Assembly (NCBI GenBank): GCA_018819305.1
Contig: JAHJQO010000010.1
Coordinates: 8,429 to 72,428, forward strand
Direction of reading: 5' to 3'
Length of the DNA stretch: 64,000 bases
Source of the DNA: Nanobdellota archaeon
GTDB lineage: Archaea; Nanobdellota; Nanobdellia; Woesearchaeales; SM23-78
The notes under the pieces: model-generated
What the model saw: the letters and a program-made list of their open reading frames with translations, nothing else
Told to the model about the DNA's origin: nothing
Database searches by the model: none
Made by a program: the position numbers and the translations under genes
Shown here: piece after piece, positions 56,321-64,000 of the stretch
How positions within the stretch are numbered: position 1 is the first letter of the stretch
Layout of the letters: every line of letters starts with the position of its first letter

Positions 56321-58774
56321 ATGATTATTAAGAGAGGTGAGTATGTTTTGGATAAAGAGAATGCTTTTATTCTATGGTTTGATCAAGTGAGTGTGGCTGA
56401 TGTTCCTTTAGTTGGCGGCAAAAATGCTTCTTTGGGTGAGATGTACACTAATCTCACAGATAAAGGCGTTAATGTTCCTAATGGCTTTGCAATAACTGCA
56501 AAGGCTTATTTTTATATTCTTGAAAAAGAAGGTATTAAAAATCAGATAAAAGAAATGCTTACCGGACTTGATACAAGAAATATTCGTGATTTGCAGGAAA
56601 GAGGTCGTAAAGTCAGGGAGCTTGTATTAAAAGCACCCATACCCGACGATTTACAAAACGAAATTATTGAAGCTTACAGAAGCCTTTGTGGAACTTATAA
56701 TCCTGAAAAAAATGATGTTGATGTTGCTGTTAGAAGCAGTGCAACAGCAGAAGACCTTCCAGATGCCAGCTTTGCAGGCCAGCAGGAAACTTATCTTAAT
56801 ATAATGGGTGAGGAGCAGCTTCTTGAAGCATGCAAAAAATGTTTTGCAAGTTTATTTACAAACAGAGCTATTAGTTACAGAGTAGACAAAGGATTTGACC
56901 ATTTTAAAATCGGCTTAAGCATTGGTGTGCAGAAAATGGTTCGCTCTGACAAAGCATGCTCTGGTGTAATGTTTAGTATTGATACTGAATCTGGATTTAG
57001 GGATGTTGTTCTTATCAACGGCGCTTATGGTCTTGGAGAAAATATTGTTCAGGGAGTTGTCAATCCAGATGAGTTCATTGTTTTCAAGCCCACTCTGAAA
57101 AAAGGATTCAAACCTATAATCGGCAAAAAGCTGGGTTCAAAAGAAATCAAGATGATTTATGATACTCATGGAAACAAGAGCACAAAGAATATTCCTGTGC
57201 AGCCAGATGAAAGAAACAAATTTGTTCTTTGCAATGATGAAATACTAACTTTAGCCAGATGGGCAGCTCTTATAGAAGACCATTATTCTGAAAAAGCAGG
57301 ATATCATAAGCCAATGGATATGGAGTGGGCAAAAGACGGCATAACAAATCAACTATTTATTGTGCAGGCTAGACCTGAAACTGTTAATTCATTAAAAGAC
57401 AAAACCAAGCTAATCAAATATGTTCTCAAAGAAAAAGGCAATATTTTGCTTAAAGGCCAGTCTGTAGGTGATAGGATTGGAAGCGGCAGAGTAAGAGTAA
57501 TAGAAGATGTTCATAATATTCATCAATTCAAAGAAGGAGAAGTTCTTGTAACAGACATGACAGACCCTGATTGGGAGCCGATAATGAAAATTGCAGGAGC
57601 AATTGTGACTAATAGAGGTGGAAGAACTTGCCATGCAGCAATTATTTCCAGAGAATTAGGAATACCTTGTATTGTAGGAACTGAACAAGCAACCAAACTG
57701 CTCCACGACAACCAGGAAATAACTGTAGATGCGAGCCAGGGTGCAGAAGGGCATATTTATCAGGGATTATTAAAATATGAATTAGAAGAGCATGACCTTG
57801 GTGCAGTGCCAAAGACAAAAACAAAAATAATGATGAATATTGCTAATCCTGACCAGGCTTTTGAAGAAAGCTTTATTCCCAATCAAGGTGTGGGATTGGC
57901 AAGAGAAGAATTTATTATTAATTCAGAGATTAAAATTCATCCTTTGGCATTAATAAAGTTCAATGAGATTGAAGATAAAAAACTAAAATCAAAAATCAAC
58001 TCCCTGACAAATGGCTATTCAAATAAAGAAGAGTTTTTTGTAAATACATTGGCAAGAGGAATTGGAAAACTTGCTGCAGCTTTTTATCCCAAGCCAGTTA
58101 TTGTGAGAACAAGTGATTTTAAGAGCAATGAATATGCTAATTTGATTGGCGGACATTTATTTGAACCAATAGAAGATAATCCTATGATTGGCTGGAGAGG
58201 AGCATCTCGTTATTATAATGATAAATATAAAGAAGCTTTTGCTCTTGAATGCAAAGCTTTGCTCAAAGCAAGGAATGAATTTGGTTTAATCAACATCAAA
58301 GTAATGATACCTTTTTGCAGAACTCTTGACGAGGCAAACAAAGTCTTGCAAGTAATGAAAGATAATGGATTAGTTCAGGGAGAAAATGGTTTGGAAATTT
58401 ATGCTATGTGTGAGATACCTAGCAATGTTATTCTTGCTGATGAATTTTTAAATCTTTTTGATGGATTTTCTATAGGAAGCAATGATTTAACTCAGTTGAC
58501 ATTAGGATTAGACAGAGATTCAGAATTAGTAAGTGATATTTATGATGAGAGAAATGAAGCTGTAAAAAGACTTATTCGCCAGGTAATCAATGTTGCAAAC
58601 AAAAAAGGAAAATACATCGGAATCTGTGGCGAAGCACCTTCGACATTTATAGATTTTGCAGAATTCCTTGTAGAAGCAGGCATACAAAGCATGAGTCTGA
58701 ATGCTGACACTGTAATAAAAACAACATTTTCTGTGGCTGAAGTTGAGAAGAAGTTAGGAATTTATCCTAAGTAA
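56321..58774 (+). CDS. ppsA: Phosphoenolpyruvate synthase
   Basis: VGGKNASLGEM, the phosphohistidine region TNRGGRTCHAAIISRELGIP, and a PEP-utilising C-terminal domain. The likely start is the in-frame TTG 56348, 6 nt after GAGGTGAG, because the TATA box at 56297-56304 ends only 16 nt before ATG 56321. Confidence 0.9.
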   Translation: MIIKRGEYVLDKENAFILWFDQVSVADVPLVGGKNASLGEMYTNLTDKGVNVPNGFAITAKAYFYILEKEGIKNQIKEMLTGLDTRNIRDLQERGRKVRELVLKAPIPDDLQNEIIEAYRSLCGTYNPEKNDVDVAVRSSATAEDLPDASFAGQQETYLNIMGEEQLLEACKKCFASLFTNRAISYRVDKGFDHFKIGLSIGVQKMVRSDKACSGVMFSIDTESGFRDVVLINGAYGLGENIVQGVVNPDEFIVFKPTLKKGFKPIIGKKLGSKEIKMIYDTHGNKSTKNIPVQPDERNKFVLCNDEILTLARWAALIEDHYSEKAGYHKPMDMEWAKDGITNQLFIVQARPETVNSLKDKTKLIKYVLKEKGNILLKGQSVGDRIGSGRVRVIEDVHNIHQFKEGEVLVTDMTDPDWEPIMKIAGAIVTNRGGRTCHAAIISRELGIPCIVGTEQATKLLHDNQEITVDASQGAEGHIYQGLLKYELEEHDLGAVPKTKTKIMMNIANPDQAFEESFIPNQGVGLAREEFIINSEIKIHPLALIKFNEIEDKKLKSKINSLTNGYSNKEEFFVNTLARGIGKLAAAFYPKPVIVRTSDFKSNEYANLIGGHLFEPIEDNPMIGWRGASRYYNDKYKEAFALECKALLKARNEFGLINIKVMIPFCRTLDEANKVLQVMKDNGLVQGENGLEIYAMCEIPSNVILADEFLNLFDGFSIGSNDLTQLTLGLDRDSELVSDIYDERNEAVKRLIRQVINVANKKGKYIGICGEAPSTFIDFAEFLVEAGIQSMSLNADTVIKTTFSVAEVEKKLGIYPK

Positions 58775-58869
58775 TTTCTTTCTTAGCACTGGACATTCTT
58801 GTGTGAAGTTTATATATTGTTTTCTTCTTCCATTTCAACATCACCAATTCAGGGTGAGGTGATATTGAA

Positions 58870-59889
58870 ATGCTAACAAAGAAAAATAAATACATTTACA
58901 CGATTCCTATACTTGCTCAGCTAGAAAAAATATTTGTTAAAGTAGCTGATGAATTCACAGATTTTGTAAAAGAAAAATTAATAATTAGATATGGCTCCTT
59001 AAAGCAATATAATCAAGAACTTCTAAAAATCGAACAATCAACATTTGAATGGGCTTTTAAAAAGAAAAACGGCCATGAGTTAGCAAGATTAATTACTATA
59101 TGTAATGATTTAGATATTATCGAAGAAGATGTTTTTGAACAAATCAAAGGATTTTATCGATGGGGGTCGCATGATACAAATGCTTTAGTATTTCCATCTG
59201 AAATAAAAGTTGATGAATTCTTTGTAGAAGGATATGCTTTGTATCTGGCAGAGGGAGACACTGGTTTTAGTGGAAAAATAAAGCCAAGGAAGTTTAGATT
59301 TACTAATTCAGAAATTAATGTTGTGAATTCCATGATTAAATGGTTTAAGAATTATTTTGCTAAACTTCCTTTTTGTATTCAAGTTGATATTCCTATTGAA
59401 TATGTAATTCCTGATTTTGATGCTATTAAGTGCAGCTTGGATCATGATAAGATTAGATTTGCAAAAGGGTATTATAACAAGATTCTAAAATATCAATTGT
59501 GTTGTGAAAGAGCAATTTTAATCGACCTAATACTGACAATAGAGCATAGAGTAAAAGAACTATGCAAACAAGACAAAAAACTAGCTGCCGCATATATTCG
59601 AGGCATGATGATAGGTGAAGGAACTGCTTATTTTAACAGAAGTAGATATGTAAGAATTGAGATGAGAAATGAAAGAGAAATAAAGTATCTACATGAACTT
59701 TTTACTCTCTTAGGTTATGATTGCAAACCTTTTCTAAGACCCGAAAGACAAAATATGTGGAGTTTATACATTGGAGCAAAGCAATTAGCTAAATTCTATA
59801 AAGAAATTGGTTTTGGAGTGCATGAGAAAAGACAAAGAATTCTCGAGCAATGTGTTCATAAGAAGTTGAGAGTTAACCAGTATAGCTGA
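58870..59889 (+). CDS. Free-standing double-motif LAGLIDADG endonuclease-like protein
   Basis: Two motifs about 120 aa apart: YALYLAEGDTGFSG and IRGMMIGEGTAYF. An SD (GGTGAGGTGAT) precedes the ATG. Confidence 0.45.
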   Translation: MLTKKNKYIYTIPILAQLEKIFVKVADEFTDFVKEKLIIRYGSLKQYNQELLKIEQSTFEWAFKKKNGHELARLITICNDLDIIEEDVFEQIKGFYRWGSHDTNALVFPSEIKVDEFFVEGYALYLAEGDTGFSGKIKPRKFRFTNSEINVVNSMIKWFKNYFAKLPFCIQVDIPIEYVIPDFDAIKCSLDHDKIRFAKGYYNKILKYQLCCERAILIDLILTIEHRVKELCKQDKKLAAAYIRGMMIGEGTAYFNRSRYVRIEMRNEREIKYLHELFTLLGYDCKPFLRPERQNMWSLYIGAKQLAKFYKEIGFGVHEKRQRILEQCVHKKLRVNQYS

Positions 59890-59943
59890 AACAACATTTA
59901 AGATTAGCCAGAAAGAGAAACAACTTGGCTTGTCCTGATTAAA

Positions 59944-60552
59944 TTATTCTTTTAATTTTTCTTCTAGTAATTCTGATTTTTCTGTATTATTATCTTTCCG
60001 CTTTCCGTTTTTATTTATAACCCATTGTATTACTGGATTAAACATTTGATAAGGAATAAATACTCCTTTTGGTTTTCCTTTTTTCCTGAGATAATGCCTA
60101 ATCGGATTATCTATGGCCATTAAGTAAAGCCCCCATCCAATTATCAGATCTCCCGCTGGTGCTAAAAAAGGAATAGTTAAAAGTCCTAGTCCAGAAGCCA
60201 CTTTTAGAAACGCAACAGGATAGCTAAGTCGAATTGAATATTTTACATAATCATTAGGTGTCTCTTCTACACCCAGTTGATTTCTGTAATCTGAAATTAT
60301 TTTTTGCATACAAGTAGGAAGTACACCTGCATTTGCCTGTGCAAACCTTATTGGAATATTATGTGTTCCTGCTGCAAGCTTGTTTAATATAGTGTATTTA
60401 AACTTATAATTTTCTTCTGTTTTTACATCATGTTTTTGAAGTCTTGTAATAATTTTAGCTGTTTTATACAGAATTTTATTTTTTGCGCCTCTATTTGCTT
60501 CTACTATCCGGATTTTTTCTTCTAGACGATTCGCTATGTATCCCTCTTCCAT
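59944..60552 (-). CDS. Hypothetical membrane protein (202 aa)
   Basis: Two predicted TM helices (VAFLKVASGLGLLTIPFLAPAGDLIIGWGLYLMAI). No recognised motif. Confidence 0.45.
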   Translation of the reverse strand: MEEGYIANRLEEKIRIVEANRGAKNKILYKTAKIITRLQKHDVKTEENYKFKYTILNKLAAGTHNIPIRFAQANAGVLPTCMQKIISDYRNQLGVEETPNDYVKYSIRLSYPVAFLKVASGLGLLTIPFLAPAGDLIIGWGLYLMAIDNPIRHYLRKKGKPKGVFIPYQMFNPVIQWVINKNGKRKDNNTEKSELLEEKLKE

Positions 60553-60633
60553 TGTTTTTCACTATTAAATGAATACTTCGCTTTATATATTTTTCTGGAA
60601 ACTTTTATAAACACATTAAAAATTTGAATAAAT

Positions 60634-60843
60634 ATGAAAATCAAAATTGATTATGAAAAATGCTGTTGGAAAGATGGCAAATGCACACAATGTTCATGTA
60701 AAGGAGCATGTGAAGGATGTGTTGAAGCATGCCCTGTTGAAGCGTTAACAAGAGAAAACATTATTAAAATTGACCAGGATAAATGCATTGAATGCGGAGC
60801 ATGTGTGGAAGCATGTGAACATGATGCTATTTCTTTGATATAA
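60634..60843 (+). CDS. Small 2x[4Fe-4S] ferredoxin
   Basis: CEGCVEACP and CIECGACVEAC. A TATA-like ttttataaa ends 22 nt upstream of the ATG. Confidence 0.8.
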   Translation: MKIKIDYEKCCWKDGKCTQCSCKGACEGCVEACPVEALTRENIIKIDQDKCIECGACVEACEHDAISLI

Positions 60844-60885
60844 ATCGAAATTCTTTTATACACTTATTTTATTCTTTTAAGAACC

Positions 60886-61464
60886 ATGAAAGCTTTAATT
60901 ATATATGCACATCCAAGCACAGGAGGACACAATGAGCAGATTCTAAAAGAAACAATCAGCAATCTTAAATCAAGAAAAATATCTTATGAAGTTTTGGATT
61001 TATACAAGATGAAGTACGACCCTGTTCTTCATGAAAATGAGCATTATACTCGAGGTAACTATACTGTGTCAAAACAGAATAAGGCAATACAGCAGAAAAT
61101 AAAAAAATCAGACTTGCTTGTATTTATTTATCCTGTATGGTGGAGTTCTATGCCTGCTATTATGAAAGGATTTATTGATAGAATATTTATTTCCCGATTT
61201 GCGTTTAAATATGTGAATGGTTTGCCCCAAGGTCTGCTCAAAGGCAAAAAAGCACTTGTCTTCATCACAACAGGAGGCTCAACATTTTTAACCAAAGTTT
61301 TTATGGGCAACATGCCTGCCAAACTTATCAAAAGGCAAATTCTTGGTTTCTGTGGAATCAAAACCAAAGTTTACCAATTAGGTTCATCCAATAGTTTTGA
61401 TGAAAAAAGAATTCCTAAAATCAAGAAGATGATAGAGAAGGCTTTTGAAAAGTTTTTTAATTGA
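60886..61464 (+). CDS. Flavodoxin-like fold NAD(P)H-dependent oxidoreductase
   Basis: MKALIIYAHPS......N and LLVFIYPVWWSSMPAIMKGFIDR (Flavodoxin_2/KefG-like signature). Confidence 0.75.
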   Translation: MKALIIYAHPSTGGHNEQILKETISNLKSRKISYEVLDLYKMKYDPVLHENEHYTRGNYTVSKQNKAIQQKIKKSDLLVFIYPVWWSSMPAIMKGFIDRIFISRFAFKYVNGLPQGLLKGKKALVFITTGGSTFLTKVFMGNMPAKLIKRQILGFCGIKTKVYQLGSSNSFDEKRIPKIKKMIEKAFEKFFN

Positions 61465-61491
61465 TTTTTCTGAATTTTCTTATTTTTTTCC

Positions 61492-61533
61492 TATAACTTC
61501 AACTTAACTTGCACTCATATAAAACTTTATATA
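61492..61533 (+). repeat. 42-nt promoter-like module, copy A
   Basis: tataacttcaacttaacttgcactcatataaaactttatata; 38 of 42 nt identical to 63148-63189. Confidence 0.7.
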
Positions 61534-61592
61534 CTCGCTAAACCTACTTATATCCAAATGTTTATAAATATACTAAATCAATTAAATATAAT

Positions 61593-63152
61593 ATGGCCTT
61601 ATTTAAAAAAGACATGAATGATGAATTAAATAAATTAATAGAAAAAATTGATGATCCTAAAATACGATTGCCAAAACACTGGTTTTGGTGGGATAAGAAA
61701 ATCGAGACATTTAAAGCTATTGAAAAAATAGATATACAAATATTACAAGATATTCAAAAACTACATTCTTTAGGAAAAGATAAACCTGAAATTTCAGAAA
61801 AAATCATATATTTGGCTAAAGAATTACAAACATTTTTAATGGATATGAGAAATAAGCATTTGGATACGAGTAAAGATAAGGAAAAAGCGGATTTTGTCAA
61901 TGGTCTAATATTGCAGATCAAGTCACTTTTATTACAAGAGAAAGGTTATCTAGAAGTATCGGAGAAAATCACATTGTTGCAAAATAAAGTAGATTTTCTA
62001 GTAAGATTTGTTTCGATAGATGAATTGAGAGAAATATTCAATAATGGATTTATTCTTGAACACTATGAATGGATCCTTTCTGATAAATATCAATTTAAAG
62101 ATATTGTCGGATCTAAATTATTAGCTTCAACTGATTGGGCAAATAATTGGCAGCTGTTCGGATTTATTAATGAAATAATAAGAATTTTTAAAGTACATAA
62201 ACAAAATGCAAGAGATGAAATTCTAAATAATATGTTTCGTTCGTACAATCCTCTTTATCAAATATTTAGAACTACCCGTTTATTTTATTTTTTAAACACA
62301 TTATATCCAGAATCATTAAAATGTCTCTCTGAAATAGTTTATGAAAATAAATTTGATAATTTCATTCAAAGTATAGAGAAAAAAATTGAAAAAGAAGTAA
62401 ATGATATTTTAAATGATTTGCATATCAAAAATAAACTATCGAGAAATTTTTTTATTGACTCCTATGTTAAGCACAGTTCTGGCAACAATTTAGCACAGTA
62501 CTTTGAAGACGAAATAAAACGATATAAAAAAGATCTTCAAAACAAAGATTCTATGATGATGAAATACTTTGGAAATGATGAAATACTGAATTTGATTAAA
62601 GTTTATGAAAAAGCAATTAAGAATATTAATAAAGATATTGAGGGAAGGCTTCATAAAATTCGTACTTTTTTTCAACCATATTTTGCAAATAAACAGAAAG
62701 AAGATACCTATCTTGATATGATTGAAATCGAAGGACGAAAAGCCTTAAATGAAATAAAACTAAATTCATTTCCTAAAGAAGATATCAAAACATTAAGGGA
62801 TTTTTTCATGTATAAAGATTTTTTTAGTAGAGATCATAAGAATATTCAAAGGTTTATTTCTTTAATACAAAAAATATATTTGAACCTTAATATTAAAGGT
62901 GGTCGTGCAAATGAGTTTAAGGGCCAATATGAGTTCTCAATATTTGTTAGTGATGACATCCCTACCAATACAGGTGTAAGGGTGGATTGGAGAGAAAATA
63001 AATCCAAGATACCTGTTAAAGAGATATTATCAATATCTACGGTATTGCCTTCATCAATAAGGACTCGGAAAATAATTGAAGAATTAGGAGAAAAAGCAAG
63101 AGGGATTCCGGTCTTTAATGATAAAGGTGTTTTAATATATCCAAATATATAA
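61593..63152 (+). CDS. Hypothetical protein (519 aa, K/E/N-rich, helical)
   Basis: Long ORF. A TATA-like tttataaata ends 22 nt upstream of the ATG. No recognised motif. Confidence 0.5.
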   Translation: MALFKKDMNDELNKLIEKIDDPKIRLPKHWFWWDKKIETFKAIEKIDIQILQDIQKLHSLGKDKPEISEKIIYLAKELQTFLMDMRNKHLDTSKDKEKADFVNGLILQIKSLLLQEKGYLEVSEKITLLQNKVDFLVRFVSIDELREIFNNGFILEHYEWILSDKYQFKDIVGSKLLASTDWANNWQLFGFINEIIRIFKVHKQNARDEILNNMFRSYNPLYQIFRTTRLFYFLNTLYPESLKCLSEIVYENKFDNFIQSIEKKIEKEVNDILNDLHIKNKLSRNFFIDSYVKHSSGNNLAQYFEDEIKRYKKDLQNKDSMMMKYFGNDEILNLIKVYEKAIKNINKDIEGRLHKIRTFFQPYFANKQKEDTYLDMIEIEGRKALNEIKLNSFPKEDIKTLRDFFMYKDFFSRDHKNIQRFISLIQKIYLNLNIKGGRANEFKGQYEFSIFVSDDIPTNTGVRVDWRENKSKIPVKEILSISTVLPSSIRTRKIIEELGEKARGIPVFNDKGVLIYPNI

Positions 63153-63189
63153 CTTCAACTTTTCTTGCACCCATATAAACCTTTATATA
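63148..63189 (+). repeat. 42-nt promoter-like module, copy B (contains the TATA box for the 63215 gene)
   Basis: tataacttcaacttttcttgcacccatataaacctttatata. The TATA box is followed 24-25 nt later by ATG 63215. Confidence 0.7.
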
Positions 63190-63214
63190 TACTTAAAACT
63201 TACATATTTTCACG

Positions 63215-63973
63215 ATGGCAGAAGACCCATTTTTACTTGTATCACTGGAAGAGTCAGAATCAAAAGAACTAGCTAAAGTTATAAGCAACAAGACTGCGAG
63301 GAAAATTCTTGATTTCATGAGCAAGAAGGAATCTGCAACAGAAACAGATATTGCAAAACAGATGAAAGTTCCTCTTAGCACTGTTCATTATAATCTTCAG
63401 GCGCTTCTCAAAGCTAATCTTGTTATGGCAGAAGAATTCCACTACTCTGAAAAAGGCAAAGAAGTCCTTCACTATTCTCTGGCCAACAAGATAATTATTA
63501 TTGCGCCGAAAAAAACAAGCAGAGAGACATTTATGCAAAAACTTAAAGGAATACTACCTATTGGGCTGATTGCACTTGCAACTGCTGGTGTTCTTAAGAT
63601 TTTTTCAAGCTTTGGGTTACGCACTGGAAAAATGTATGCTGCAGCGCCGTCTTTGGCAGCATTTTCCAATGATGCTGCTGTTAAGACTGCTGAAGTAGCA
63701 GAAGAATCAATTGCTGCTTTTGGTGCTGAAGCTGCAAGAGCAGGAGGAGAAGCTGCTGTCAGAGCAGCGCCTACAGCTTTAGATATGGCTGCTAATGCAT
63801 CTCAAAATCTCACGCAGCCTATTGTTGAGCCAGTTGTAAAAACCGTTATTCAGACCGTAACTGTTCCTGCAGAGCCAAACATCGCATTATGGTTCTTAAT
63901 AGGTGCAGCTTTTGTAATAATTCTATTGGTAATATGGTATTGGTTTGTTACAAGGAGGAGAAAGAAAAGATAA
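63215..63973 (+). CDS. Membrane-anchored ArsR-like winged-helix regulator
   Basis: N-terminal wHTH LAKVISNKTARKILDFMSKKESATETDIAKQMKVPLSTVHYNLQALLKANLV, a TM helix, an Ala-rich segment, then a second TM helix and a RRRKKR tail. Confidence 0.6.
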   Translation: MAEDPFLLVSLEESESKELAKVISNKTARKILDFMSKKESATETDIAKQMKVPLSTVHYNLQALLKANLVMAEEFHYSEKGKEVLHYSLANKIIIIAPKKTSRETFMQKLKGILPIGLIALATAGVLKIFSSFGLRTGKMYAAAPSLAAFSNDAAVKTAEVAEESIAAFGAEAARAGGEAAVRAAPTALDMAANASQNLTQPIVEPVVKTVIQTVTVPAEPNIALWFLIGAAFVIILLVIWYWFVTRRRKKR

Positions 63974-64000
63974 ACTTATATATTGCTTCTGCTTTCTTTT

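Overview
AT-rich archaeal chromosome segment. Calls rest on reading the ORF translations and the DNA by eye; no database searches were run. Gene content (Orc1/Cdc6, PolD DP1 and DP2, MCM, TBP, aIF2-beta, RNase P Rpp30), BRE/TATA-type promoters of the form aaaCTTTATATA, and a purely fermentative enzyme set suggest a small-genome DPANN-like archaeon; that lineage assignment is inference. No rRNA, tRNA or CRISPR array was seen. The window falls into three blocks. (1) 1-16 kb is a replication and information island. It has a classic oriC, with inverted ORB boxes flanking an almost pure A/T unwinding element, just upstream of an orc1-dp1-dp2 operon. It also carries aIF2-beta, an RPA32-like OB-fold protein, MCM, a TBP with a lysine-rich N-terminal tail, and a second pair of ORB boxes 11.5 kb from the first origin. 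(2) 16.1-31.5 kb is a single-strand island of giant cysteine-rich secreted proteins (1529, 998, 760 and 603 aa) interleaved with five proteins that have type IV pilin-like (class III) signal peptides. No assembly ATPase or platform gene is present. A membrane-anchored thioredoxin-fold protein lies nearby. (3) 31.5-64 kb is a fermentative energy module. It contains a [NiFe] group-3b (sulfhydrogenase-type) operon with a methyltransferase inserted between the small and large subunit genes. Divergent from that operon are a bona fide HydG and a HypC-HydE fusion protein. The block also holds bacterial-type Pta-AckA, a four-subunit pyruvate:ferredoxin oxidoreductase whose beta subunit carries a LAGLIDADG intein in the TPP motif, PEP synthase, a free-standing LAGLIDADG gene, and an AbiE-like two-gene cassette flanked by 21-bp direct repeats. 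The two strongest candidates for undescribed biology are the HypC-HydE/HydG pair next to a [NiFe] hydrogenase (a possible hybrid maturation route) and the Cys-rich adhesin plus pilin-like surface island.
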